A stretch of 42,369 nucleotides of DNA from Spirochaetota bacterium (GTDB taxonomy: Bacteria; Spirochaetota; B62-G9; DRHN01). The notes below the pieces were generated by a model, which was not told where the DNA came from, searched no databases, and saw only the letters and a list, made by a program, of their open reading frames with translations. Position 1 is the stretch's first letter; each line of letters starts with the position of its first letter. Location: positions 1-42,369 of the forward strand of contig JAUVYC010000001.1 of the NCBI GenBank assembly GCA_030603285.1. Reading direction: 5' to 3'. The position numbers and the translations under genes were made by a program. Positions 1 to 8,929 of this stretch are shown here, piece after piece.

Positions 1-140
1 AATAATAGCAGTACCCGCAATATGTCAAGGGTAAAGACACGCCCGCAAAACTGACAGTTTTTTAACATGGATTAACCTGGTATATTTACAATAAACCAAA
101 AATTTGCAAATGTCCCGAAATATTACTATCATTTTTTCAT

Positions 141-168
141 TAGGGCAGGCACATGGGCCTGCCCCTAC
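141..168. repeat. REP-like GC-rich hairpin downstream of the 191..1045 gene
   Basis: Perfect 8-bp stem GGGCAGGC (143-150) / GCCTGCCC (157-164) with 6-nt loop. On the minus strand it reads GTAGGGGCAGGCC...TGCCCTA, sharing the GTAGGGGCA / TGCCCCTA ends with the palindrome at 8874-8905. There is no proper T-run on the minus strand, so a terminator role is uncertain. Confidence 0.45.
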
Positions 169-190
169 TACTTTACGTCATCCCACTCTA

Positions 191-1045
191 TTACCTGCTC
201 AAGAATAAACCGTACTTGCGTTGATAGTACTCCCATCTTGCCTTTCCCCAGTACCTGTAATGCCAGGATTCATATTTATAGCCAGTTACCCTCTCCTTGT
301 ATTTAGGGTAGCTAAGTGATACACCATAGTATGAGATATGCTCCTTCAGCCATTGATACGCACAAGTATTTTCAAAATCCTGTGAAAGCACGTTATTAAT
401 TTCGTCTGTTGTGAGATCACATGTGGTTCCAAGCTGATGCTCAGAATGCCCCGGTTTGGCAACACTGTCCTGCAAAACTCCCCGCTTTTTAATGGAATTG
501 TAATACAGGTATGACTGATACTGCGCACTTCTGAATGCAGAAAGGATCCTTATTTTTACTCCATCTTTTTCGGCATCTTCGATCATACGGGAAAATATTT
601 CTTCTGCCTCTTTTCTTAGTAATAGAACCCTATTTTCATACCCCTCTGCACTGTATCTCAAAGGAACCGGGATAAGGTCATTCGGCCTGTAAAGCACAGG
701 AAGCGCGTTTCGTTTATCCACTATTTCTTTTCCTATCTTTATATTTCCATGGCTGTCATAATGTATGCCTGTCGCTTTCTTAACAATAAAACCCTCAGGA
801 AGATAAAAAAAATACGGCTCTCTATAGCAGCGGAACCAGGTAATATTCCCACGAACGTACTCATCTTCAATTCTTACCTTATCTCCGAATTTCAGACATA
901 CTTCTTCGTGTTTTCGTGATGAGAACCCAATCTGCTTATATGGATACCCCTGAGTAAGAATAAAAAATACATATTCACTTTGGGCAGCGTAAAGAATCAA
1001 CGGCAAAAGAAAAAGAGTCAGCAGAAGAAAAGAAAAATACTTCAT
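191..1045 (-). CDS. Peptidase M15B / VanY-type D-alanyl-D-alanine carboxypeptidase, secreted or membrane anchored
   Basis: 284-aa ORF with ATG start and hydrophobic N-terminus MKYFSFLLLTLFLLPLILYA. Carries Zn-ligand motifs typical of VanY/M15B: GHSEHQLGTTCD (H-x6-D) and ESWHYRY (E-x2-H). Confidence 0.8.
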   Translation of the reverse strand: MKYFSFLLLTLFLLPLILYAAQSEYVFFILTQGYPYKQIGFSSRKHEEVCLKFGDKVRIEDEYVRGNITWFRCYREPYFFYLPEGFIVKKATGIHYDSHGNIKIGKEIVDKRNALPVLYRPNDLIPVPLRYSAEGYENRVLLLRKEAEEIFSRMIEDAEKDGVKIRILSAFRSAQYQSYLYYNSIKKRGVLQDSVAKPGHSEHQLGTTCDLTTDEINNVLSQDFENTCAYQWLKEHISYYGVSLSYPKYKERVTGYKYESWHYRYWGKARWEYYQRKYGLFLSR

Positions 1046-1182
1046 GGTTTTGTAGATTACCAGTAAATCTACATAATTTCAATTGAAATAAGAATAATTA
1101 TAGCAATTAAACTTGAAAATAGGTTTTGGAACTATTATAATGAATTTGAATTTAAGAATTATGTTCACATGAAGGAGGAAAA

Positions 1183-2607
1183 ATGATTAAAAAATCAATT
1201 ATTTATGATTTTAATAATGTTATGAATGATAGAATTAAAAGCCCTGCAGGAATTTCCCTCGAAGAAATAGAATCATACAGGCAAAAGGCTTCAGAAATTC
1301 ACCGTACATTAACATCAAAAAGAAAAAATGGAGAACTTGCTTTTTATAAGCTCCCATACAGGAAAAATGAAGTGAAAAATGTTAAAAAAACCGGAGACTC
1401 TGTAAAAAAAGATATGGGAAATAATTTTGAGAATCTCCTCGTAATCGGAATCGGTGGGTCATCCCTCGGGGGTATAGCGCTCATAAAATCTCTCACTCAC
1501 CAATTTTACAATCTTCTACCGGATACAGTAAGAAAAACTCCGAGGATTTTCTTTGTAGAGAATATTGACCCCGACGAAATAAAAGGATTATTTGACATAC
1601 TTGATCCAGAAAAAACAGCAGTGAATATTATTTCTAAATCAGGGAACACTGCTGAACCAATGGCTAACTTCCTCCTTTTTCAAAAGTTCATGGTTGAAAA
1701 AATCGGTGAAGAGAATTTTAAAAAGCAGGTTATTGCAACAACAGATTCATCAAAAGGAACAATGAGAAAAATTGCGGATGATCTCGGGATTAAAACATTA
1801 AGCATATCGGAAGGAGTCGGGGGAAGGTTCTCTGTACTCAGTGCAGTAGGACTTTTCCCGGCATATTTAATGGGAATTGATATCGATTCACTTCTTGAGG
1901 GAGCTGCTTATATGGATAAGCTCTGTAAGAATGAGGATATATTCAAAAACCCTGCATACATGAATGCAGTTATACATTTCCACCTGCATACACGAAACGG
2001 AGTAAACATGGCAGTAGTGATGCCGTATTCAACTGCTCTTGCAGAAATATCAGTCTGGTACCGGCAGCTTTTAGCGGAAAGCCTCGGTAAAAAAAATTCA
2101 CTGAGCGGCGAAGTTGTCTATGCAGGCCAGACACCGATAAAAGCTGTAGGCGCAATAGATCAGCACTCCCAGATACAGCTTTATTGTGAAGGTCCGTTTG
2201 ATAAAATAATTACCATCCTGAGTGTTGACACTTTTAAGATTTTCCTCAACATACCATCTCTCTATGAATCTTATGAGGGAGCTTCTTACCTCGGCGGGCA
2301 TACGCTCAATGAACTTTTTAATGCAGAAAAGCAGGCAACAGTCCTTGCACTGGTAAAATCGGGAAGACCAAATATCGAAATAACTCTTCCGGAAATTAAT
2401 CCTTATACAATCGGACAGCTCTTCTATCTTTATGAAGTTCAAACAGTATTTGCCGGATATCTCTACAATGTTAACTCCCTTGATCAGCCCGGTGTAGAAG
2501 CAGGAAAAAACTACGCCTATGGTATGCTTGGAAGAAAGGGATATGAAAATATGAAGGAAGAAGTTGATAATTTTCCGGAAAAGGATAAAAGATTTATAAT
2601 CAGTTAA
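1183..2607 (+). CDS. pgi: Glucose-6-phosphate isomerase
   Basis: 474-aa ORF with PGI/SIS motifs GIGGSSLG, ISKSGNTAEP and GVGGRFSVLSAVG. Strong RBS gaaggagg lies 4 nt upstream of the ATG. Confidence 0.9.
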   Translation: MIKKSIIYDFNNVMNDRIKSPAGISLEEIESYRQKASEIHRTLTSKRKNGELAFYKLPYRKNEVKNVKKTGDSVKKDMGNNFENLLVIGIGGSSLGGIALIKSLTHQFYNLLPDTVRKTPRIFFVENIDPDEIKGLFDILDPEKTAVNIISKSGNTAEPMANFLLFQKFMVEKIGEENFKKQVIATTDSSKGTMRKIADDLGIKTLSISEGVGGRFSVLSAVGLFPAYLMGIDIDSLLEGAAYMDKLCKNEDIFKNPAYMNAVIHFHLHTRNGVNMAVVMPYSTALAEISVWYRQLLAESLGKKNSLSGEVVYAGQTPIKAVGAIDQHSQIQLYCEGPFDKIITILSVDTFKIFLNIPSLYESYEGASYLGGHTLNELFNAEKQATVLALVKSGRPNIEITLPEINPYTIGQLFYLYEVQTVFAGYLYNVNSLDQPGVEAGKNYAYGMLGRKGYENMKEEVDNFPEKDKRFIIS

Positions 2608-2690
2608 ACAGATATTTTGTTTTAAAATGTAATATTTATAGAAAATTTTTCTTTACAACAAGATTATTTATTATATTATAATGGAATAAA

Positions 2691-2762
2691 GGGCGATTAA
2701 CTCAGCGGCAGAGTGCTACCCTCACATGGTAGAAGTCACTGGTTCAAATCCAGTATCGCCCA
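2691..2762 (+). tRNA. tRNA-Val (anticodon CAC)
   Basis: Hand-folded cloverleaf: acceptor GGGCGAT/ATCGCCC, D stem ACTC/GAGT, anticodon stem CTACC/GGTAG with loop CTCACAT (U33, CAC, A37), T arm ACTGG-TTCAAAT-CCAGT, discriminator A. CCA is not encoded. Confidence 0.85.
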
Positions 2763-2817
2763 TATACCCCGGCAGCAGTGTCGGGGTTTCATTATATATA
2801 GGAAAATTTATCGAAAA

Positions 2818-3381
2818 ATGTTCTGGAACATTGTATGGCTTTCAATTACAAATATTAAAAGGAAACGGCTCAACTCTATACTTTATTTTGTTATGGCCTT
2901 CTTTATTTCACAGGCACTTTTTCTGGTAAACATCTCAAATAGCTTCTTACGATTTCCGGACTTTAAAGCTATACAAACATTTTTTTATATTATTATTTTT
3001 TCTGTTCTTTTTATCTGTATAATTCTACTTGCAGCAGTTTCAATTTTATTTATTCGCATGAGAGCACAGGAGCTGGGAATATTACGGATGCATGGTGCTC
3101 AGAAATCTGATATACTCTTTCTGTCTTCCATAGAAATACTTTTTATTTCCAGTGCTGGGGCTTTTGCCGGTATCCTCTGCGTAATCCTTCTTATTATCTC
3201 AAAAATCCTGTATCTTCCATATTTTCTGGAAGGAATAAAGAGAATTGAACTGATAAAATTAATTGGCTTAGGAGGACAAACTATATCAGGCGTGATCATT
3301 ATAGAACTTGTTATCACAATAGTTATTGTCTCTTTTCTTTTAAAAAATGATATTCCCGATCTTTTGGGAGGTTCATTTTGA
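2818..3381 (+). CDS. Small FtsX-like ABC transporter permease (four predicted TM helices, no large extracytoplasmic domain)
   Basis: The track ORF 2713..3381 overlaps tRNA-Val, so the first ATG clear of the tRNA (2818, MFWNIVW...) is taken as start. The sequence is hydrophobic throughout. The stop overlaps the TTG start of the ABC ATPase at 3378. Confidence 0.7.
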   Translation: MFWNIVWLSITNIKRKRLNSILYFVMAFFISQALFLVNISNSFLRFPDFKAIQTFFYIIIFSVLFICIILLAAVSILFIRMRAQELGILRMHGAQKSDILFLSSIEILFISSAGAFAGILCVILLIISKILYLPYFLEGIKRIELIKLIGLGGQTISGVIIIELVITIVIVSFLLKNDIPDLLGGSF

Positions 3382-4070
3382 GTATAAAAGCAATCTCCGT
3401 ATCAAAAGTATATTCTGGTTCTATAAATAAAGGATATAAAATTGATGCAGTAAAGAATGTAAGTATTGATATAAATGAGGGCAGTTTTACATTAATTTCT
3501 GGTCCAACCGGCAGCGGCAAAACAACCCTTCTTTCACTTCTTGCAGGCATAATGTATCCAACACATGGAGAAATTGTTTACGGAAATATCCATGTTTCCA
3601 CGTCAAATGACAATACAATTTCCAAATTTCGTGAACAATTTATTGGATATGCACCTCAAAATACACTCCTTATAAAAGAACTAACAGTGCTCGAAAATGT
3701 GCTCTCCCCCAATTCGTTCTATAAAAGGAGTATAAAAGAATTAAAATCCTCTGCCCACTATCTTCTCGAAAAACTCAAGTTAATAAATAAAAAAAATTTT
3801 AAACCATGTGAACTTTCAGGAGGGGAAATAAAAAAGGTAATGGTTGTCCGGGCCCTTGTAAAAAAACCTCTTTTCATTTTTACAGATGAGCCTTGTTCAG
3901 AACTTGATAATGAATCAACAGATGATATAATAAGCTTATTGTATGAACAGAACAGCAGGGGTTCGGCGGTTATTATTGCCAGTCACAACCGCATGGTTTT
4001 AAAAGAAAATGCAGATTTCTATACAATGGAAAAAGGGAAAATCACTGAATATAAAAAGGGAGGCATATAA
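3378..4070 (+). CDS. ABC transporter ATP-binding protein (LolD/MacB-like)
   Basis: Walker A GPTGSGKT, ABC signature LSGGEIKK, Walker B LFIFTDEP. TTG start is preceded by RBS gggagg (6-nt spacing) and overlaps the permease stop. Confidence 0.88.
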   Translation: MSIKAISVSKVYSGSINKGYKIDAVKNVSIDINEGSFTLISGPTGSGKTTLLSLLAGIMYPTHGEIVYGNIHVSTSNDNTISKFREQFIGYAPQNTLLIKELTVLENVLSPNSFYKRSIKELKSSAHYLLEKLKLINKKNFKPCELSGGEIKKVMVVRALVKKPLFIFTDEPCSELDNESTDDIISLLYEQNSRGSAVIIASHNRMVLKENADFYTMEKGKITEYKKGGI

Positions 4071-4098
4071 TTAACTATCTTGAGTTACGAGGGACGGC

Positions 4099-4380
4099 AT
4101 GAAAAAAGAAAAAGAATATGCCATTAAAATAAAGATGCATACAGGAAGTTCGCAAAGAGGTATAGTTGTTAAAAACAATGAAATTCATCTATATACACAA
4201 AAAAAACCTGTACAGGGAGAAGCTAATTCTGATGCCATTAAGATCATCTCCGATTACTATAAAGTTCCAAAAAATAATATTTCAATAATAAGGGGTGAAA
4301 AATCAAGAAATAAGGTATTCAATATAAAAGGGAGTTTAAGAGCAGGTAAAGAAATATTAACATATAGCAGGAGGGTATAA
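4099..4380 (+). CDS. DUF167 (YggU/UPF0235) family protein
   Basis: 93-aa ORF. The central and C-terminal pattern ...PVQGEANSDAIKIISDYYKVPKNNISIIRGEKSRNKVFNI is typical of DUF167. Confidence 0.7.
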   Translation: MKKEKEYAIKIKMHTGSSQRGIVVKNNEIHLYTQKKPVQGEANSDAIKIISDYYKVPKNNISIIRGEKSRNKVFNIKGSLRAGKEILTYSRRV

Positions 4381-5244
4381 ATGGATAAGATGAGAACTGC
4401 AATTATTGGAGGTACTGGCCTATATCAAATCGATGATATTACCATAACAAAAAGCATGGATGTAAAAACTCCATTCGGAAATCCATCTGATAGTATCAAG
4501 TTTGCCCGGTTTGACAATACGGAAGTAGCGTTTCTTCCAAGACACGGTGTTGGTCACAGGCTCCTTCCTTCAGAAATTCCTGTTAAGGCAAATATCTGGG
4601 CTCTTAAAAAACTGGGGGTACAGAGAATCCTGTCAATAAGTGCTGTTGGAAGTCTTAAAGAAGAAATAAAACCAAGAGATATTGTGATACCTGATCAAAT
4701 AATTGATAGAACAAAAATAAGAGACAATTCCTTTTTCGGCAACGGGGTAGCAGGGCATGTATCTTTTGCTGACCCTTTCTGTGCGGATCTCAGCAAATTA
4801 CTGTACGAAACAGTAAAATCACTGGGATACAGAGTACATAAAAATGAAACGTATGTATGCATGGAAGGACCCCTCTTTTCAACACGGGCAGAGAGTAAAC
4901 TTTATCGATCATGGGGCGGTGGGGTCATAGGGATGACAGCACTTCCGGAGGCAAAACTTGTACGTGAAGCAGAAATATGTTATGGGATGCTGGCACTTTC
5001 AACTGATTATGATTGCTGGAAAAAAGACGAGGAGGATGTTACCATCGAAATGGTGGTTGAGAACCTGAAGGCTAATACAAAAGCTGCTGGGAGAATTATA
5101 AAAAGATTCATTGAGAAATTACCGGAAGTGGCACCCTGCAGATGTAATGAAGCAGCAAAGTATGCTCTTATTACGGATAAAAGTTTAATTCCTGCATCAG
5201 TGAAAGAAGACTTATCCCTGTTTTACAGTAAATACTGGGATTAA
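4381..5244 (+). CDS. mtnP: S-methyl-5'-thioadenosine phosphorylase
   Basis: 287-aa ORF with PNP/MTAP motifs IIGGTGLY, FLPRHGVGH, PSEIPVKANIWALKKLGV and GMTALPEAKLAREAE-like GMTALPEAKLVREAE. It starts directly after the DUF167 stop. Confidence 0.9.
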   Translation: MDKMRTAIIGGTGLYQIDDITITKSMDVKTPFGNPSDSIKFARFDNTEVAFLPRHGVGHRLLPSEIPVKANIWALKKLGVQRILSISAVGSLKEEIKPRDIVIPDQIIDRTKIRDNSFFGNGVAGHVSFADPFCADLSKLLYETVKSLGYRVHKNETYVCMEGPLFSTRAESKLYRSWGGGVIGMTALPEAKLVREAEICYGMLALSTDYDCWKKDEEDVTIEMVVENLKANTKAAGRIIKRFIEKLPEVAPCRCNEAAKYALITDKSLIPASVKEDLSLFYSKYWD

Positions 5245-5331
5245 ATATTTAATGGCTAATATTTGAATAATTACGTTTAATGTTATAATCATTTATCCCT
5301 GATTTTCAAGGGAAATCAATCGTAATTTGTT

Positions 5332-5796
5332 ATGAAAACTATTCGAACATTTATCATACTGTTTCTTATCCTTTTAATTGTGGTATGGAAAAACACAGCC
5401 TATGCAGGGGACATGCCTTTCTTAATTTCTTCCACAGTAGTCCTGCCGTCCTCTGTGATAGCACACAACTTCTATGCCAAAAGGAAGCCACCTCCTTTGG
5501 AAGTGGCTTCCTTTTGGCTTGAAAACCACCACCTGCTTTGCAGGTGGTCTTTTACTGAAGATAATGTTGAGTACCAGGAAACGCAGTTAAGAAGATTTGA
5601 AACAATTTTTTTCATCTCTTTACCTCCAAGCCTTCTGTTCAGCTTTCTTGGATTTACTGCATATAGAGGGGTTACCGGCAAGAAAGGAACCTTTACTCCC
5701 CTTGAATATCGATACATCATTTTTTCAACTATCGGAATTTCCCTGAGTATAGCATTTAATGATAATAGAATCACCTATCGAAAAGAGTTATATTAA
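5332..5796 (+). CDS. Hypothetical signal-peptide/membrane protein; the ORF is interrupted in frame by palindromic repeat DNA, so the gene model is doubtful
   Basis: 154-aa ORF with signal-like N-terminus (MKTIRTFIILFLILLIVVWKNTAYA) and hydrophobic C-terminal segments. Nt 5476-5553 inside it are two strong hairpins (see repeat and terminator features). Confidence 0.4.
   Translation: MKTIRTFIILFLILLIVVWKNTAYAGDMPFLISSTVVLPSSVIAHNFYAKRKPPPLEVASFWLENHHLLCRWSFTEDNVEYQETQLRRFETIFFISLPPSLLFSFLGFTAYRGVTGKKGTFTPLEYRYIIFSTIGISLSIAFNDNRITYRKELY
5476..5518. repeat. 43-nt near-perfect palindromic element (first copy of a dispersed repeat; partial second copy at 26097..26128)
   Basis: GCCAAAAGGAAGCCAC (5476-5491) pairs perfectly with GTGGCTTCCTTTTGGC (5503-5518). 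The inner TCC-TTT-GGA extends the stem. The core CCACCTCCTTTGGA(A/G)GTGG recurs, reverse-complemented, at 26097-26115 together with the flank GCCAAAAGGAAG. Confidence 0.75.
5528..5553 (+). terminator. Intrinsic-terminator-like hairpin (potentially bidirectional)
   Basis: 9-bp GC-rich stem ACCACCTGC-ttt-GCAGGTGGT followed by CTTTT and preceded by GAAAA. It sits between mtnP and lspA but inside the predicted ORF 5332..5796. Confidence 0.45.
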
Positions 5797-5801
5797 TATT
5801 A

Positions 5802-6362
5802 TTGAAATCTACAAACAATGAGGACTTTCAAATGAACAGCAGAAGAATAAAAATATTTATCATTGTAAGTATTATTGTCATCGCCTTTGATCAAATTACA
5901 AAATGGATTATTAAATCCACAATGGAATTGCACCAGACAATAAGGGTAATTGGAGATTTTTTTACAATATCCTATATTTTAAATTCAGGCATTGCTTTTG
6001 GCCTTTTCGCCCACAATCCATCACCATACAAGGCTGTTCTCCTTATTATCATTTCGATTGTGGCTCTTGGTATTATACTTTATATTTTTTTCTCTCTTCC
6101 AAAGACAGTAAAGGCGTCGGTCCTGGCCATGGGACTGATCTTTGGAGGGGCAGTGGGTAATATGATCGATAGAATTGCAAGAGGAAGTGTTGTGGACTTT
6201 CTTGATTTTGATTTCCCTGACATCGCCATCAAATTCCTGGGGATTCACATGAGAAGGTGGCCTACATTCAACGTCGCAGATTCATGCGTACTGGTAGGGA
6301 TTGTTCTGCTTCTGATAATTATCATTTCCCTCGGAGGCAAAACTGAACAGGAAAGAGCTTAA
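5802..6362 (+). CDS. lspA: Lipoprotein signal peptidase (signal peptidase II)
   Basis: Motifs DQITKW, NSGIAFG, GGAVGNMIDR, VVDFLDF and FNVADS. The track start is TTG 5802; ATG 5832 (MNSRRIK...) is an equally plausible start. Confidence 0.88.
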   Translation: MKSTNNEDFQMNSRRIKIFIIVSIIVIAFDQITKWIIKSTMELHQTIRVIGDFFTISYILNSGIAFGLFAHNPSPYKAVLLIIISIVALGIILYIFFSLPKTVKASVLAMGLIFGGAVGNMIDRIARGSVVDFLDFDFPDIAIKFLGIHMRRWPTFNVADSCVLVGIVLLLIIIISLGGKTEQERA

Positions 6363-6372
6363 CGGCAGTTAT

Positions 6373-7305
6373 TTGTTTCATATATCTGAAAATGATACCC
6401 ATAAAAGGCTTGATATATTTTTAACAGAGAAACTCGTCGTTCTTTCAAGATCCCTGATTCAAAAGTATATTCAGGATGAAAAAACTCCATGTGTACTTGT
6501 AAATACCGCCAGAAAAAAATCAAACTACCGTCTCTGGAAAGGCGACACAGTAACAGTACAAATACCTGAACCAAAAGACTCCTCCCTGGAACCGGCTGAT
6601 ATCAGCTTAAATATTTTGTATGAAGATAGTGATATTCTTGTACTCAATAAGCAGCCCGGAATCCCGGTCCACCCTTCCCATGGACACACAAATGATACAA
6701 TTGTGAATGCCTTAATTCATTATCTGGGCAAAACAGGGTCTCTTTCAACCATTGGAGGTGAAAAAAGGCCGGGTATTGTTCACCGGCTTGATAAAGATAC
6801 CTCAGGAATTCTCCTTATCGCAAAAAATAATAGAGCACATTCCAATATTGCACAGCAATTCTCTATGAGAAAGACAGAAAAGGCTTACGAAGCAATAGTA
6901 AAAGGGATTGTTATTCCGGAACAGGGTATCATTGATAAACCTATTTCAAGAAGTACAAGAAACAGGAAAAAATTTACCGCCGTGGGGACCGGAAAAGAAT
7001 CCGTCACATCTTACAAAGTTATTGATGCTAAAAACGAAACATCCTGGGTACAGTTTATACCGAAAACAGGAAGGACTCATCAAATCCGTGTACATGCAGC
7101 GAGCATCGGGCATCCCGTTATCGGGGATATCCTCTATGCGAGAAAATCCCACCAGGCTGAATATATCGCACTTTTCGCAAAAGAGATCAAGTTCACCCAT
7201 CCGAGAACCGGTTTACCCATGACATTTTCAGCTCCATATCCGAAACACTTCATTGAGCTTGCAAAAATGCTGGGATATTCATTGAACTCTGACAAATTTT
7301 TATAG
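6373..7305 (+). CDS. RluA/RluD-family 23S rRNA pseudouridine synthase with N-terminal S4 domain
   Basis: 310-aa ORF (TTG start). Has the catalytic motif HRLDKDTSG, the S4-like N-terminus RLDIFLTEKL...SRSLIQKYI, and C-terminal GRTHQIRVH. Confidence 0.88.
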   Translation: MFHISENDTHKRLDIFLTEKLVVLSRSLIQKYIQDEKTPCVLVNTARKKSNYRLWKGDTVTVQIPEPKDSSLEPADISLNILYEDSDILVLNKQPGIPVHPSHGHTNDTIVNALIHYLGKTGSLSTIGGEKRPGIVHRLDKDTSGILLIAKNNRAHSNIAQQFSMRKTEKAYEAIVKGIVIPEQGIIDKPISRSTRNRKKFTAVGTGKESVTSYKVIDAKNETSWVQFIPKTGRTHQIRVHAASIGHPVIGDILYARKSHQAEYIALFAKEIKFTHPRTGLPMTFSAPYPKHFIELAKMLGYSLNSDKFL

Positions 7306-7382
7306 TTTTAAAATTCTCTGAAAAAATTTATATTATCATATAAAATGCTTTAAGTTTGCACTGTGTAAAAAAGGGATTGAAG

Positions 7383-8840
7383 ATGGCTATTCTTTACCAC
7401 AGCACCAACAACTATCATGAAAATGTCGGTTTCAGGCAGGCGCTCCTTAATGGTCTGGCATCAAACTACGGTCTTTACATGATGGCAAGAAGCGACATTC
7501 CAAAGCTTTCTTCTAATGAAATAAGAAATATGGAAACAAAGAGCTATGCTGAAATTGCCTTTTCAGTGCTATTCTCATACATATCCCCGGATATTCGTGA
7601 AAATGATTTTATCACCATACTGGAAGATGTTTATGATGAGACGGTAATTCCAGTTGAAATTCAAAAAGTAACCGGCGGCACAAATATCATGTGGTTATCA
7701 AAGGGCCCAACATACTCATTTAAAGATTTTGCTGCACGCTTTTTCGGGAGGGTATTAAATCATTTCCTGGGAGAAAGCGGCTTAAAGAGAACAGTTATTG
7801 TTGCAACAAGCGGTGATACAGGCGGAGCTGTTGCAGATGCACTCCACGGTCTTGGGAATGTATCGAATATCGTATTTTTTCCGGAAGATGCTATAAGCGA
7901 TCATCAGCGGAGACAAATGACGACTTTAAAGGAAAATATATATGCATTTGCCGTAAATGGAGATTTTGATGTGTGCCAGGAAATTGCAAAAAACCTGTTG
8001 AGTGATAGAGAATTGGCATCTAAATGCTTTAACGATCCTGATCGATTTACCTCAGCAAATTCAATAAGCATTGGTCGGCTGCTTCCGCAGGCAGTGTATC
8101 CCTTTTTTGCATACTCAAGACTGAACCTGGGCGGAGACAAGTTTACAACGAGTATCCCGTCCGGGAATTTTGGGGACATGATGGGTACAGTTATTGCCAA
8201 AGAAATGGGGCTCCCGATTAAAAAAATTGTCTGCGGTGTAAATGAAAATAAGGAATATTCTGAGTTCCTGTACTCAGGTCACTATATTGTAGAGCCTTCA
8301 ATATGGTCTCCTTCAACTGCAATGATTGTCTCTCATCCGTCTAATCTTGCCCGGCTTATTGAATTTTACGGAGGACATATATACGATGAAAGAGATGAAA
8401 AGATGAAAAGAGTAACCCATGCCGGAATAATTGACAAAATGCCGGATTTAAAGGAAATGAGAAACGATATTTATTCTGTTAGTATAAGCAATGAAAAGCA
8501 TTATGAGACAATCCGGGGTGTTTATGATAAATACAGAATCATTCTTGATCCTCACGGCGCAGTTGGTTGGAAATCCTATGAAGAATATACACATGGAAAG
8601 TATATCGAACCCGCTGTCATATATGAGACAGCAGATCCAGGCAAATTTCCAGAGGATATCAAAAAAGCTATTGGAATTCATCCTGAAATTCCTGATGGTA
8701 TCAGAAGACAGCAGTCTTTAGAAGAAAGAATATACCGGATAAATACACAGCCGCTGGTTGAAAAAACCGGTGCAAAACGAATGAGTGGAAATCAATATGC
8801 CGAGGTAAAAGAAAAAATTAAATCCCTGTTCATAAAATAA
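7383..8840 (+). CDS. thrC: Threonine synthase (long form)
   Basis: PLP-lysine motif SFKDFAARF and GDTGGA. ATG 7383 has RBS aaggga at 6-nt spacing; the track ORF begins at an upstream TTG (7356). Confidence 0.88.
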   Translation: MAILYHSTNNYHENVGFRQALLNGLASNYGLYMMARSDIPKLSSNEIRNMETKSYAEIAFSVLFSYISPDIRENDFITILEDVYDETVIPVEIQKVTGGTNIMWLSKGPTYSFKDFAARFFGRVLNHFLGESGLKRTVIVATSGDTGGAVADALHGLGNVSNIVFFPEDAISDHQRRQMTTLKENIYAFAVNGDFDVCQEIAKNLLSDRELASKCFNDPDRFTSANSISIGRLLPQAVYPFFAYSRLNLGGDKFTTSIPSGNFGDMMGTVIAKEMGLPIKKIVCGVNENKEYSEFLYSGHYIVEPSIWSPSTAMIVSHPSNLARLIEFYGGHIYDERDEKMKRVTHAGIIDKMPDLKEMRNDIYSVSISNEKHYETIRGVYDKYRIILDPHGAVGWKSYEEYTHGKYIEPAVIYETADPGKFPEDIKKAIGIHPEIPDGIRRQQSLEERIYRINTQPLVEKTGAKRMSGNQYAEVKEKIKSLFIK

Positions 8841-8873
8841 CCAGACAGAACAGACCGTCTTTTTTATTTATAT

Positions 8874-8905
8874 ATGTAGGGGCAATTCATGAACTGCCCC
8901 TACAT
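8874..8905. repeat. 32-bp near-perfect palindrome (REP-like; possible bidirectional terminator between thrC and nadB)
   Basis: ATGTAGGGGCA (8874-8884) pairs perfectly with TGCCCCTACAT (8895-8905). The 10-nt centre ATTCATGAAC is itself almost palindromic. The element shares GTAGGGGCA...TGCCCCTAC with the hairpin at 141-168. A T-run (8859-8866) lies just upstream. Confidence 0.6.
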
Positions 8906-8929
8906 CGCTAATTCCTGGAGAGTCAAAAC

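Noticed and set aside
2713-2929. N-terminal extension of the permease ORF and the overlapping 67-aa ORF 2726..2929
   Set aside because: Both run through tRNA-Val (2691..2762). The permease most likely starts at ATG 2818.
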